In this document: in pieces, positions 37,962 through 51,800 of the stretch | Layout of the letters: each line of letters opens with the position of its first letter | Numbering within the stretch: position 1 is the first letter of the stretch | Assembly (NCBI GenBank): GCA_001244265.2 | Contig: CDLV01000007.1 | Location: 2,418,001 to 2,482,000, forward strand | Reading direction: 5' to 3' | Length of the DNA: 64,000 bases | Source: Microbotryum violaceum | Taxonomy: Eukaryota | Notes under the pieces: model-generated | The model's database searches: none | What the model was told of the DNA's origin: nothing | The model's input: the letters and a program-made list of their open reading frames with translations, nothing else | Program-made: the position numbers and the translations under genes

Positions 37962-38717
37962 ATGGGACTTTTAGATAAAGTCAAGGAGAAGCTTGGAGAT
38001 GGTTAGTCTTGCTCGATCGTTGTGCGCCCTCAACATCCCGAATGCGCTCTCACTCTATGCCCAGCCCCGGCCCTTATCGTCGTCTGGGTTGATCAAGGCC
38101 CTTGCACTACCTGGCTGGCCAGGATCTCCCAAACTACCGCCATCATGCACTAAGATCTAATCCATTCTTTTATTTCCATTTCGGACGATGGTTTCGGTCG
38201 ACTTGCCATGCACATCCGAATGATGACGTCGACTTGCAGGCCACGCTCACTCAACCCCTACCGCCGACGACACTCAAGAGCGTGGTCGGTTCATGGCCAG
38301 CACTGGACGTGGTGAGTCGTACAACACTCCACAGTCATGACCAAGAACTTTTGCCAACCCCACCATGTGTGACTCGCTTTCTACTCAGGTGGAGCCGGCA
38401 ACATGTCTCGCTCTCGAGCTCGCCAGGCCGACGAGTCGCCCGAAGTGATCGCCGCAGCCCGATCTCGATCGCAGTCACGCTCGCGTGCAGCCCATCACGG
38501 TCACGACCCCCATGTTACTGCTGGTCGCGGAGGAACGGGAAATGTGCGCTCCACTTCCAAGAACGCCGAGTCGCGCGAACGTCAAGCCGCGCTCGATGCC
38601 GAGGAGCGTGTAGTCGAGAAGAAATACGCCGCTGAGCACGCCGGCGAAGAGCCAGTACATGGACGAGGTGGACTCGGCAACATCCCTCACCATGCCCACC
38701 ACAATGAGCCAGCATGA
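37962..38717 (+). CDS. Small GRGGxGN-repeat protein (DUF3602/Par32-like), 3 exons
   Basis: MGLLDKVKEKLGD|GHAHS...STGR|GGAGNMSRSR...TAGRGGTGNVR...HGRGGLGNIPH; three GRGG(A/T/L)GN motifs. Confidence 0.8.
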
Positions 38718-40113
38718 TCCAACGGGCATGTTTTTACTCTGGCGTGGAAGCAAACGGATACCCACGGCGACTCTTCTCCCCTTCCTCTCTTACCCCCCCC
38801 TGCTCTCGCCCCTCCCCCCTTCTCTGTTCCTAGTTTCCTCCTGCGTAGCCTGTGAATAACCTCTACATCTCTATACATAATTTCTTGTAATCACCAATCC
38901 CCCTTTGTTCCCCTCTTTGTCGCACGGCCCTCGGTTGCATCAGACACCGTCAGCGCTGTGGCCCGACGAACAAACGTGAAAGGGGCTGATCGAAAACGAC
39001 CGGATAGCACCATTATTAAGTCTTGCCTGCTATGGGTCAATTCTTGTTGCCCCGGGTGGGTTACTCTGGAGCCAGTGCGCGAATCGACCCGGCGAGAACA
39101 CGGCCCGTCTTTACGCGGCTGGTGCCGGCATTGGGTGTCTTGATCCACCCTATTAGAGACCGTCGATCATCTGAAACTGGTTGTTGGGCTACCCACTCTC
39201 CTCTTTCCTCAAGCAAGCATGTCGGCGCTTCACTCTTGACTCCTGCAACCCCCACCCCCACTCGGTGCGAGACCGGCCCAGATCGCGGAGCCGCCTTCGC
39301 GGGCAGTTGAGTACAACCTCTGTCGCCCCTGCGCACGTGTGCATAGGTATGCATGCATGTGCACATCAGTGCATGTCCTTGCATACTCCTCTCTGGGTCA
39401 TCTATCATTTCTGGACGACATCGCACAGCTATGCCCTCGTGCGCTGGGATTGCATCGGCGTCTCGCGACCTGCTGCGTTGCGAGCCCCACTGGATGATCA
39501 TTACACTTTTCACATCCTCACGATAGGTTAAACGACTTCATCCTCAATGACGCTATCTCCAACCTCGCTCGTACAACCTACTGCTCGAGAACGGTAAGTC
39601 AGCTTGTGGTGCGACGTTGCTGCCCGCGCCGGTCGATCGGTTAGAGGAGGTCGCCTCGAGCTCCTTGGTACTTGAGCTCGATAACTCGGAAGGTCTCGCT
39701 GACCAATCCGTTGCCTCACACGCGCTCGGCGCCCGCCGCCTAATTTTGTTGTTTTGTTTTTTTGATTCTCCAGACCTGGCAGGAGCCACTTGATTATGAT
39801 CCCTACCAATTACTACTCTGGTGCGCGTGTTTTTCACTGTCTTTTTGTCCATGTTCAAGTTCTATCGTAGACTTTTTGACGGCCCCATGGCACTCGGGGC
39901 ACACTGCAGTGGTTGGCCGCCGAATTTAGTACGGTTTTGTTTAAGTTCACCCAATCGGACGGGGTTACGCACTTCATTATTAGGCCCCGGCAGGCCCGGC
40001 AGCCCCCGGCCGTGCTGCGAAACCGCCGGCTCGTGACTCAAGCCGACGGATCCATCGGTTCACCTCTTCCTCCTTGTCCATTCCCAAGCAGATATATACC
40101 TCTGCTCGATAAC

Positions 40114-42520
40114 ATGGGCTCTGCCGACGTGCCACCGATACCCACTGGGGCCACAACGGCATCTTCGCTGGCTCACGCCGATTCGACGACTGGAACTCGT
40201 CTGCCAGTGGATGTCGACGTCATCATCTCCGCCGCAAACCCCGTCGCGAGCGTGGTCGCAGAATCAATGATAGCGGCTGCAGAACACGCTTCACCGGGGC
40301 AAGATAACAACTCGATCTTAAGACCCGAAGTCAGTCAAGATGGAAAGGTCGGCTCAACACGAGGCCGTCAACTGCTGGTCGACGCGAGCCAGCCCTCGGA
40401 GTCTGAGTTAACCGCCACGCCGGTCGATTTGAAGCATAATGAGCACGAAAAAGCCATTGGCACCTCGGGCACATCGCCTGACGCCTTCAATTCCTCATCA
40501 CCGCCACTCACGCCCCAGCTTGACCAGGCAGCCAACATGGAAGACGACGAAGTGACCGTCGTCGGGCGACCCCCCTCCGTGCCCGTCAGCCATGTTGCCG
40601 AAGACCCAGAGCCGCCACGTCAACCGCCTGCCGAGCAACTCGACATTGAGCACCTCGAAGTCACGAATGACCCGCGAGCTTGGTCGACCAAGAGGAAAAA
40701 CCTCATTTTGGTTTGTATCGCTTACAATGCCGCTGGCGGGCTACTGTCGTCGTCGATCTACTTCCCCGCTTTGAAATCGCTTCAAACCGATCTCAACGCC
40801 AGCGACTCGCTCGTGGCCGCGTCGGTGTCATTGTTCATCCTTGGGCAAGGTGTGACCCCCGTATTCTGGTCCGCGCTAAGCGAAATCAAGGGCAGAAAGA
40901 CATGCTACATTACGGCTATAATTATCTACCTGGTCGCGACGACGGTCTGCTCTCGAGCCGACAAAATCGGCGTATTCGTGGCCATGCGATTGCTCCAGTC
41001 TCTCGGAAGCGGAGCGCCACTATCACTCGGAGCAGGCACTTTATCCGACATATTCGATGTTCACGAGCGCGGTACCAAGATCGGCTTCTTCTATGGTGTA
41101 CCCCTTCTGGCGCCCTCGCTCGGACCTCTTCTTGGTGGCGCCCTCGCGGAAGCTGGCTCATGGCGGACAACGTTTTATTTTCTCATCGGCGTGAGTGGAA
41201 AAGGGCGACTAGACCAACTTCCCGGCTGGTGTACTGAGCTCGATCCATGCCGCGTTGACCCACAGTACGGTGTTATTTGTTTAATGACGATGATTTGGCT
41301 GTCAGTTACTGCCTACTTCAACTTGAAAGGGAAAGCTAGCGAGACTGATCTTACACCATGGTCCGCTGCTTCATCTTGCAGTCCAGAAACCTTCCGCAGA
41401 GAACGGTCTTTAGCTTGGCGGTTGGCAATGAAGCGAGCTAGAGCCCACGCCAAAGCAGATAGGCTCAAAGCGGAAGGAGCGTTGCCCAAGAGCGACACCC
41501 TTCCTCTCACTCGAGGGCCGCCACAAACCTCGTTCGCGCCCGGCCCCCAATGGTCGAATGGACCGACTGCCACCCCCACGCTCGCGAGGGTCATGACCGC
41601 GCTGAGCGGAAGGAGCGGTGACGACAACGTCAAAATCCACCTCAGGGATATCAATGTAAGTCAACAATGGAAAGACCACCGTACCTTACCGAATGGCACC
41701 TGCTTGACACACGCACGAATCCATTTTTGCCCAGCCATTCGCCGCCACAGGGGCTGTCCTCACCCAGAAATACAATTTTATCTCGATCGCGTTCAGTGGA
41801 CTGGTGCGTGCGACCTCTGGCCCTTCCTAAGAGATGCACATACCTTTTCCTTCGTCCTCTGACTGGTAATTTCGTACGACCATCCAACAGCTATTTGCCT
41901 CCACGTATTGCATCACTTTCACCATTTCGAGAACCTTCGCTGCGGCGCCGTACAACTACAGCGCGGTCAAGACAGGACTAGTGCTGCTTTGCTTGGGCAC
42001 GGGCAACTTTATCGGATCGGTACTCGGTGGTCGATACTCGGACTACGTGTTCAACAAACTGAAAGCGAAGAGCGGGGGAAAGGGGTCTCCCGAAATGCGC
42101 ATCAAGTCGACGCGGCTCGCGATGGTGCTTGTACCGTGCTTCTACATCCTCTACGCGTGGACTGTGCAAAAGCGGACCAACGCCGCCGGCCCTCTGGTCG
42201 CGCTCTTATTTCTCGGGATTTCGATCATGGTGCTTTACTCGAGTCTGTTGAGCTATATCGTCGATGCAAACCCGGGTCGCTCGAGCTCGGCCGTGGCTTG
42301 CAACTCACTCTTTCGAGGCGTGCTGGCGTGCATCGCTTCGCAGGTCGCGGAACCCATCATCGGGCATATCGGGAATGGCTGGTTCTACACGGGCTTTGCT
42401 GTGATACTCACCGTTGGATCTGTCGCGTTGCTGTATGTCGGCGCCAATGGCCAGAGGTGGAGGGAACGTCAACTGGAAAGAAGCGTTCACGAACTGGACC
42501 CATCACGGACCAAAGCATGA
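40114..42520 (+). CDS. MFS drug:H+ antiporter (DHA1, Qdr/Dtr1-like)
   Basis: NDPRAWSTKRK, SSIYFPAL, WSALSEIKGRK, RLLQSLGSG...GAGTLSDIFDVHERG, PSLGPLLGG..WR..F, W|LPET, GGRYSD, PEMR, YIVDANPGRSSSAVACNSLFRG. Confidence 0.92.
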
Positions 42521-43228
42521 CCGCTGTCCGAGGAGCGCTCGAGTTTTACGACCTTTCTTTTCGTCTTGCTTGTCATATTTGTGGCTGTAGTAGATGTACT
42601 TTTTCAGTCCTTCTTTTTTGATTTTTAACGTAGCGAACACTTCTTCCAGACAAACGTAACAAGGGGATGACTCAATTTGCAAAGGCACGAGCCGATCACC
42701 TTCGATCGCACTCGATCCATTGCTCTCGCTCGGTTGCCTTATAAGTTATGAGGCTCATTTTCTCGGCGTGTCGTAACTAGCAGCTTGGGTTCAGGCAACG
42801 TGTAAGGTGTGCGCCTCTGAGATGCGCCATTACAATCTATCGCTCTTGACCGCTTTTGCTAGCTTGGCTGAATTGGCAGCGTTGTCCAGTGCGACTCAAG
42901 CTACGCGATACCGGGAACGGGTCACGTATTCAGCGTAGCTTGTGGCAGCGCAGTAGACGAGACCCTTTTGTGCACATGTATAGAGTATCTGGGCCTTTTA
43001 AAAACTCTTCAATTCTTCTGTATAGGAGCACTTTGCTGATGGTGCATGGTTCTACTCACTTACGAAGTGAATGTAGAGGGAGAAATCCGACTCGCAGACT
43101 CGGAAAGGTTCTCGCGAGGACCATAAGCCGTTTGCTGTTAGACGAGCTTGTCGGATCTGGCACGGCCCACTGCACCGACAACTCGTCGACGTTGCTCGTT
43201 CGGGCGTCAAGACTCGAGCGCTGCGGCG

Positions 43229-46200
43229 ATGAAGGCCGGCGTGTCGCTCGCCAGGCTGTTGCTGCTCTTGCACTGCAGCTGCTGTTGGGCCTCGTCGAGA
43301 GAGCCCCATGGTACTGCGGACAATGCTTCGGTCCAAGTTGCGCCAACCGCCGTCGAGGTTCAGGTCAATCAAGCTGACGTCGCACGAACCTTCGAGCCCG
43401 TGACCACGATCGATCACACGACTGCGGTGCTGCCCACTTCGACACCACCTTTGGCTCCTTCCAGTACGACGATTTCTCCAGATCCGGAGGCTCAGACCGC
43501 GGCGACGACTCCAGATGACGTCCACGTGTCCCACGAGCCAGCGCCATACCATGCGACCACCTCAGACTCGAGCCTGCCGCCGTCCTCGACCGCGGGCTCG
43601 TCGACGCCTTCTACACCTCCAGCAGTGACACAAGAGACTCCGGACGTAGCCGCAACCTCTTCGGAAGGACCAGCCCCCACACCACCTACGACAGCTGCAA
43701 ACCCGACCGCGCCCTCCGACGCTCCGTCCAGCCCATCGGCGACCCCACCTTCCGCAACTGACGCGACGCCGGTCGTTTCTTCGGCCACTTCTTCGGTCAC
43801 CACCACCCCTAATGATGAGGCAACCGCTTCAAGAATAACCTCGACCGAAGGCAAAGCCACAGTATCAAGTTCCACTTCAACGACTTCAACAACGACAAGC
43901 ACAACCGCAACGACTGCTGTAGCATCTTCAACAGAAGAAGTATCGAGTGTTCCGCCTATCGCGGCCCAAACCGCCGTCGCTTCGGACGAGGCCGTCGAGG
44001 CCCCCGAGTTTCTTTCCTTCAACGAATGGAAGGACAAGTACGTCATCGTCGCCGCTGACGCCAGTGCTGCTGCAGCGAGACGATCCAAAAAGACGGCGCA
44101 ACGTGCTCGACAGGATGCCCAAGGTGGTCAAGCCAGCTTTGACGGCGATGGCGCCGATTTTGGGAGTCTGTTCGCCAGCGAAGAAGCCAGCGGCATGGGG
44201 GACAATCGAACGAAGGATCCCGGCCCCGGCACATCGAATGGCGCCGCAGGGCCAAAGGCAGAGGAAGCTGGATCACACAAAACGAGACCAGTAGCCACTG
44301 GACCTGGTGGGAAGAGCGATAATGCCCTGAACGTCACCCTCATTCAGCCTCTACCCAATGTCGGGACCGGCGAACCGTCCGACCCCCTTCTTCTTCTCAA
44401 GGATCGCTCCAACTATGCCGCATTCGAGTGCGCGGCAATGGTCCATCGCTCCTCCCGCCAATCCAAGGGTGCCTCGTCGATTCTGGTCGAGAAGAAGGAT
44501 CGCTACATGCTTACGCCGTGCTCGGCCGACCCCAAATTCGTCGAGGTCGAACTCTGCGACGAAATTCAAATCGACGCGATCGTCCTCGCCAACTTTGAGC
44601 TCTTCTCGAGCATGTTCAAGTACTTTGAGATGACATGTTCGGTCGACTATCCCGGACGACCCGAGACATGGCACAACTTGGGTACCTTCAGGGCTCGGAA
44701 TGCACGAGGGATACAGGTGCGTGCAGATCCAGCTGGACTCGACTATTTTGAGGGTCAAGCTGCTGATCCGCGTCGATGTCGATCACACAGGTCTTCCGAC
44801 CTAACCCGGTCCCCAACTTTTGTCGCTACGTGCGCATCAATTTTCTCACCCATTACGGTTCAGAGTACTACTGCCCCGTATCTCTGCTACGCGTCTACGG
44901 CTACACCCAACTCGATGCCCATCGTGAATCAGAGCGCAAGAAGGCCGAACTGGAGGCGGCGCTGGCGTCTGCGCTCGAAGAGGGCGATGCCGAGGAAGAG
45001 GATGAGGAGGACATGTGTCCTTCACCGTCGGCGTCAGAGCTACCGGCCTCGCACGAGGCTTCGGCCTCCCCAGCACCCATCGTGGACAGTGCGACCAAGC
45101 AGGTCGAAAATGCGACCATTTCAGATCGGGACACGGCGTCCACGAAGGCCTCGATCCCCGATGGTCCTCCTTCAGCGATGAGTGGCGATAAGCCTATGGA
45201 TGCTCCCAGTACTACTGCCAACGCAAATACGAGTGAAAACGGCAAGTGGCTGAATGGGACGGAGCCAACGTCGACTGCGGATTCCGCCGTGGCCGCATCG
45301 AGTGCTCCAACTCGCGGTGATCTTAATTCGAACGGCAGCACGACGGAATCGGCAAGCGCTTCGTTGGATGAGATAATCTTACAAACTCCTATTTCAAAAC
45401 CTGGTACTGCTACATCAATTGACACACAGTCTTCGTTGAGCTCAGCCGATCCTATTCATCCCTCGCTGAGCGTACCAGCTGGACCACTACAAGTCTCTGA
45501 TTCGAACGCTACAGAGCCCACCCGCCCCTCGACGTCGGAAGCATCCGCTGCTTCTTCCACTTCTGGAGTAGATGCGACCACGACGACGCCATCCGAGAGT
45601 GCCAACGCCATGGATCCTACAGCCTCGTCTCCACCTGCTGCCTCGACAACGGCATCAGCCCCTCGCCCTCCCGCGTCCGAGCCACCCATCGGCACCGTTC
45701 GTCACGCTCCCCGGAACGAGACTATTCGACCGATGCCGCCTCTGCCCCAGATAACGCCTCCACAGCCTCAACCAGGAGAGTCGATCTACACGACCATCAT
45801 GAAGCGCTTGACGATTTTGGAGCAGAACCAGACGATCGCGATGCATTACATCGAGGCGCAGAGCACGATGCTGCGCGAGGCGTTTCTTCGCGTCGAGCGA
45901 AGGCTCAAAGATGTCGAAGGCATGGTAAGCTGACCAAACTCTCATCTCACAAAAGACAAATGTACTGATATTTCCAGTTGTGTCCCATGCTCAGCATCAA
46001 CGCCAAGAGCAAAGCTTCCGACTGATCCTGTCTGAGCTGGACAAGCAGCGACTCGATATCGAAAGCGAGCGGCTGTCGTTGAGCGCGCAGGTGGCCGTCC
46101 AGGCCCAAGAACTCCGACTCGAGAAGCGTCTCAGCATTGCAGAGCTCTTTGGTCTCCTTTCACTCGTTGTCTTTGTCGTCGCAACGCGGGGGTCGCCGAC

Positions 46201-47218
46201 AGCGCCGCTTATGCACCTCACGTCGTCGCAAGTGCTGCGGCGAGCGGCGGAGCAGGCGGACGCGCGAAAGGTCGAGCTTGCGCGCAGGGAAGGAGCCGCT
46301 CAGCATCGGCCATTCGATGCATGGGAAGAAATGGTGACGGGCACAGAACGAGACCGGGAGCGGACGCGCAAAGCCTCGGCCACTCGCAACGCAATTGCAG
46401 GACTTGGTAGAGCCCCGTCGGGCAAACGGGCGCCGATCTCGAGCAAGACGGCACCTAGGCGCAACTATGCCACCACGAGCGCTTCACGCACCCCGGTATT
46501 GCGAGCTAATCGGGCCTGGTCGCCGCCGGTGCGACATTCATCGGCCCCACCGGACGAGATCTTCCCCGACTTTGTCATCAACGGGGATGGGCCCACCACG
46601 ACGAGGTCGCTGCAACGTCGCGGTAGCCGCAAGTCGAATGGCGCATACGGGAGTGTCGGATTGGGCGTTTCTCCTGACGGCATCGACGCCAATCAAAGCG
46701 CTCGTGCGTCGAGTCCTCTTCAATACTCGACACTCCGACGACGCGGATCGGTCGTTCTGTCGGACGAGATGTTGTCGGACGATCAATTCTCAACTACGAC
46801 AAGCGCGAGCGAACCGATGCATCACCCCGTGGGACTGTACAGCGCACACGCGACCGACGAAGCCGACGACGAGCGAGGTTCACGCCACAGTGACGATGAA
46901 TCGGAGGAAACGCTTCTGTCCCCTTTACCAATAACGAATAGGCCGACTACGTCGGTCCCGATTTCGCCTTCGCCTGCCGCTGTCTCGACTTCGAGGGCGT
47001 CACCGCCGAGGAAACTTGGCCCACCGCCTTCGCCACGTCGGCGTTCGTCGCCGTTGATCCCCTTCCCTTCCGTCGATGACGCTCCGGATCCTCTTGCTCC
47101 GACATCTCGTTTGCCTTCACCCCCTCCAGAACCTGCTCCACCCAAAGTTGTCCCCACTCCCTCCAGCAACGTCGCCTCTACAGAATTGAAACCATCCCCG
47201 ACGGAAGTATTATCCTAG
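43229..47218 (+). CDS. SLP1: Mid-SUN domain ER membrane protein (Slp1/SUCO-like)
   Basis: Signal-like N-terminus, S/T/P-rich region, FLSFNEWK, RSNYAAFECAA, ILVEKKDRYMLTPC, VELCDEIQID.IVLANFELFSSMFK, FLTHYGSEYYCPVSLLRVYG, GESIYTTIMKRL..LEQN, then coiled coil and TM helix. Confidence 0.92.
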
Positions 47219-47482
47219 GCCTGTTCACCTGGATCGTACACTTTACACATATACTCATTGGTACGAGGACCGTGTTTTGTAGTCTGTATATTCTCTTTGT
47301 ATCACTGTCGTCATCGTATGCAATTCGCAGGGTTGGGATTCTCCCCTTCACTTGATGGAAAAGAAGATTGAAACGAGCGGAAAGAGATGGGAATTCCGAG
47401 GAGGGCCCTTGTCTTTCTTCCTCCTACTTCCCCGCCTCGCGATCGAGCGTTTGTTCGCTTCTCCATCGTATCGTCGCAGCCC

Positions 47483-48539
47483 ATGGCCCCTCACGCCAAA
47501 GGATTCTCGGCGACCCGACTGTACATTGGGAACTTGTCCCCTTCTACTGATGAGTGAGTGTGTTGCTGTTGCATCCCTTATCGCGTCTTTTGAGCGGTCA
47601 TTGACTGACATCATTCATCGCACCAAACCCACGTGACTCCCCCTCGCGATGGAACCGGCTACCTGTTGTGACCATCGCTCGGTTGATGCACGACCCCGCC
47701 CCTCAAAACAGATATACGTTGATGCAACTCTGTTCCAAACACGGCAAGATTCAACAACTCGACTACCTCTTTCACAAGAGCGGTCCTTTGAGGGGTAAAC
47801 CGAGAGGTTACGCTTTCGTCGAGTTCTCCACCAGGGATGTACGTACGGTGTGGTGTGTCCTTGTTGAGATTGGGTTCCGGGAGTAAAGTTGAAACTTTTG
47901 AGGGGTTTTTTTTTTTTTTTTCGTGTGTTGCATAGGAGGCGTTGAGGGCGATGGTCGCTATGGATGATCAGTTGGTACGGGGGAGGAAGATCTCCGTCAC
48001 TGCCGCTTCGGCACAACAAGTAACGTTTTCACGCGCAGTCGATCCCCACGTGCACGGGAAGGAGAACCTCACATGATCCTTTGTTTTTTTCGGTGGTCTT
48101 TTCTATCGACAGACATATGACGATGCGACGAGTAGTGCGGGTAGAGGTCGAGGAGCTGGAAGAGGTTCGGACCCGACTCGACCTACGGCGATCTCTTTGC
48201 TCAAGAGTCAGAACTCGGGAGGAGGGTGAGGATCGCACCTCTCTCTTCAAAGTTACAATTGAGAGAGGGAAGCTTTATTAATTTTTCACCAATGATTGTT
48301 GGCTGGCCTCCAGTTCAACGAACAAGAAGATCGCGGCCCTCGAAGCTAAACTCGCCGCGTTGAGGAAGGAGAAGCCGAAAGAGGGGACAACAGCAAACTT
48401 GACAGCTGCGACGTCGGAGGCGAAGAAATTGGAATCGAGCATAGCTAAGGTTGTTGACGGAGACAATTTCCTTGACGCGATTGAGAAGGAGATGCAGGTC
48501 GGGCCGTCAGAAGCGCCGGGAGGAAAGGAGACCGAGTAA
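47483..48539 (+). CDS. RRM protein, RBM18-like, 5 exons
   Basis: RLYIGNLSPSTDE|YTLMQLCSKHGKIQQLDYLFHKSGPLRGKPRGYAFVEF..|EALRAM..VRGRKISV, ...KIAALEAKL. The 'LFHKSG...G.PRGY.FV' and 'KI.A.EAKL' motifs are characteristic of RBM18. Confidence 0.85.
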
Positions 48540-48832
48540 GACTTCTTCGACTTTGCCATAGGACGGTTGGTGATATATTTTTTTGCTGTAGGGTTTCTGG
48601 AAGGTCAAGAGAAGGAGTAGGCTTGCTGCCATGTTGTTATACTATGTACGGAGAAACCAGACGTGGTTTCTCCCCAGTATTCCAAACGAGACGTCGTCAA
48701 ACAAAGCAATTATTATCATTCATATCGAGGCCCCTTAGCTCGGGCAACAACTACGTGCGGAAAGGCATTAGAAGCACGACACAAGCCTTAAACAAAGCAT
48801 GCATGCCTATCATTCCAACATCTTTGCTCACC

Positions 48833-51800
48833 TCACACCGTCTCTGCATCACTACTTTCCCCCGTGCCCGTTCCACTCCCCGAACCAGGCGGAAATGTCT
48901 CCCCCCCGTCCCTCCGATGGAAATAGGTCCCATACCTCGTCGAACCCGGTTCAGGTTGATCCTCATCACTCCCTTGATCTTCGTAATTCTCGTCCTCCTC
49001 ATCGTCGGTGTCCCGTCGATTGATTCCGTACAACGGTTCCGGGGTCGATTCCCTACTCCCCCTCCAAGCCCTCGAAGGATCATCCGCTTCGATCGACCTA
49101 GCTCTAACAATCTCCCTCGCGCCCTCCCCATCACCCCGACCCTCTCCTTCACCCAAACTCGTCGTCACCCTTTTACCAACCTTGACCCTCGCGGCTTTTC
49201 TCCTCAAAGCATTCTTCGCGATCGACCACCTCCTCCGAAGATCAACCACCACCGTCCCATGTAAAGCCTCCTGTACCGCATCAGGAACCTGTACTTGATC
49301 TTCCCTCGTCTTAATAACCGGTAACCAAGGTTCAGGTAACGTTCCAGCCAAAGCAGGATGATTGTATAACCTCGAGCCCGTATTCAACACACCACCATAA
49401 ACGTCCGATAAAGGGGTTTGATCATAATCGGTCGCTTCGTTACGAGCGACGACGTAAACGCCTTCGTTAGTCGAAGAATGGGGTTTGTACCTACCTCGAC
49501 TAAGGTGAGTTTGACTACGCGTGACGGGGTGACCTCGACGTAATTTGACGATATCGGCCGTCGCGCCGTGGGAAACTTCGCAGGCTTGGGAGAGGTTCAC
49601 GAAGCGCGAGAGTGGGGTGTAGGTCGCGCTGAGGTGGTAGATCGTGTACGACGTGCCGAGGATCAAAGGGATCACGAGGCCGGAGAGGAGGAACGCCTTG
49701 CGTACGGTTAGTAGACCGAGCATGAACACTTGGAAGATGAGTAGACCCCATCCCGAGCGGTTGAAGGCTAATGGCCAGGCTTGGCCTCGTGATTCGTAAG
49801 GACGGTCTGGGAGTGGGTCATCAAAGACGGGAATGAGCTTGTTGATGCTCTTTGCTTGACAAGAAAAAAAAGGTTCCCCCGTGCCTTTCGACTCACAGAA
49901 AACAAAGAGGAACTTGTACTTGTACACGAGGTACGCGATGCCAAAGTACAACGTAGCAAAGGGGAGGATCAACGGCGTGATGATCGAGTAGGTGACCCCG
50001 AGCGTAAAGATCAACAAAGCCTGTGCGAGAACACAAAAATGGAGCGTTAAACGAGGCTCTGAATACTGTTCAAATACAAAGGCCCTGCGCACCTGAGGAT
50101 AAACCGTGCCCAAATTGACCGTGGTCGGCGAGTTCAACTGCGCATGATCCCTCGGCGTCTTGGTCCAAAACAACTTGGTCCAACCGCGAATCAAGATCAT
50201 CGCCAACTCCAACAACTGCAACGGCATCAAAGCCAAACCGGCCAACATGACGTACGAGACGAAAAAGTTCCTGGCGCCGGGAAGGGTCGTCGCTAGTTTG
50301 TCGAGCGCTCGGGCGGGGGATTCCGAGATGCCTTGAAGGAGCGAATAGGTCGATGAGGTGATGAAGACGAAGAGGGTCGTGAAGAGGAGGGAGACGTGGT
50401 ATTTCTTGAGGGTCGAGTATTCGATCCAGGATCGAGCGGAGAGGCCCGATAGGACCGAGAGCTCGCCGAGGAAGAGCGGCAAGAGGTTGTTGAAGCTGAC
50501 CATCGCTAGCGAGGGGAGTGAGGTCTGCACGAACCCTCGAAGTCGTGGACTGCGAGTGCCACGTAACCGCTAATCAGATCAGACTCGAGGTATTATAGTG
50601 GCGAATGGTACCACTCACCTCTTGGCAATAAACTTGGCCAACCTCGGCGCCGTCTCCTCGATTGTGTCCCAACTGAGCAGCTTTGCCAAATACGCCACCG
50701 GCACAGACCACACCGAGAGCAACACCAACAACGTCACCAAAACGAGCACCCTCCGCACGAATACGGACGTATTCGACAAGGCCAAGTTGGACCATTGGAT
50801 GTCACGAGGTTCAGGTGCGATTTCGGTCTTGAACGCCGTCGCGGAAGGGTAGTGCACAGCCTGAGCAGCGATCTGCGCAGCCGCCAAAGTCTGAAACGTG
50901 ACGAACGCGACGCCTGTAGGTCTGAACCTGCCCCTCCGTCTTTTCCGTACTTCGTCATCCGCTTCCCTGAATTTGGCAGCGAGGTGATCCAACTTGTCGA
51001 TTCGCTTTCCGAACCACCCGAGACGAATTGTCGGTCTCGGCTTTTTGGGGTGCACGATCTTGGCTCGGGCGGGTTCCAACAAGCGTGCCTCCAGATCATC
51101 CTCGTCGTCGTCGTGGTTTGGACCATCAAACGTGTGGATCAAGCGCCCTTCTCTTGCGCCTCCGGTATTACCTCGCTCGGGTGAACGGTCCCTCGTCGGT
51201 GTGGTCAAAGGCGACGCACCGGGTTGCAAGATCCTTTCGACTTCGACCTTGGGATCGTACCCTTTGACGCATCTATCGACGTCGCTGCCCTGACCCAACA
51301 AGACGCTCAAATTTCCCCCCTCAACGGGAACGGGGTTACCCAACCAATCGACCCAGGCCTTCTCCAACGCCATCAACGCTTTCGTTCGTTCGTGCAACAA
51401 CTCGCTCATGCCTCCGACCGCACGGGTGACGACGACACTGTCGACGGCGAGTGCGGAAGAAGTTTCGTGGGCCTCGTTGAGGTGTATCGATTCGAAATAA
51501 TCGGCGAGGGCCTTTTCGGATCTAAGATGGGGTGGAAGATCGGTAACGAGTACGGTCCTCGCCGGGATCGAATGGGCGTGTTCCAACGAAAAGAGTTGGC
51601 GCAAGGGGATGTAGCGTCGCCAGCTGCGGTGGAGAAAGACGAGGGCGAGGATGGTGAGCGCGTAGGTGAAGACGAGGTGGGAGGTGAGGTAGAGGGTCGA
51701 ACCGTGCTGGACCTTGCCGAGGGCGAATTGGATGAGCGCAGTTTTATCATCATGCTCGTCGTGGTGGTGATGACCGTCCTCGGGGGCACCCGGTCGTACG

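Noticed and set aside
39330-39385. Alternating purine-pyrimidine, palindromic TGCA-rich tract
   Set aside because: Short low-complexity sequence with no further support for function.
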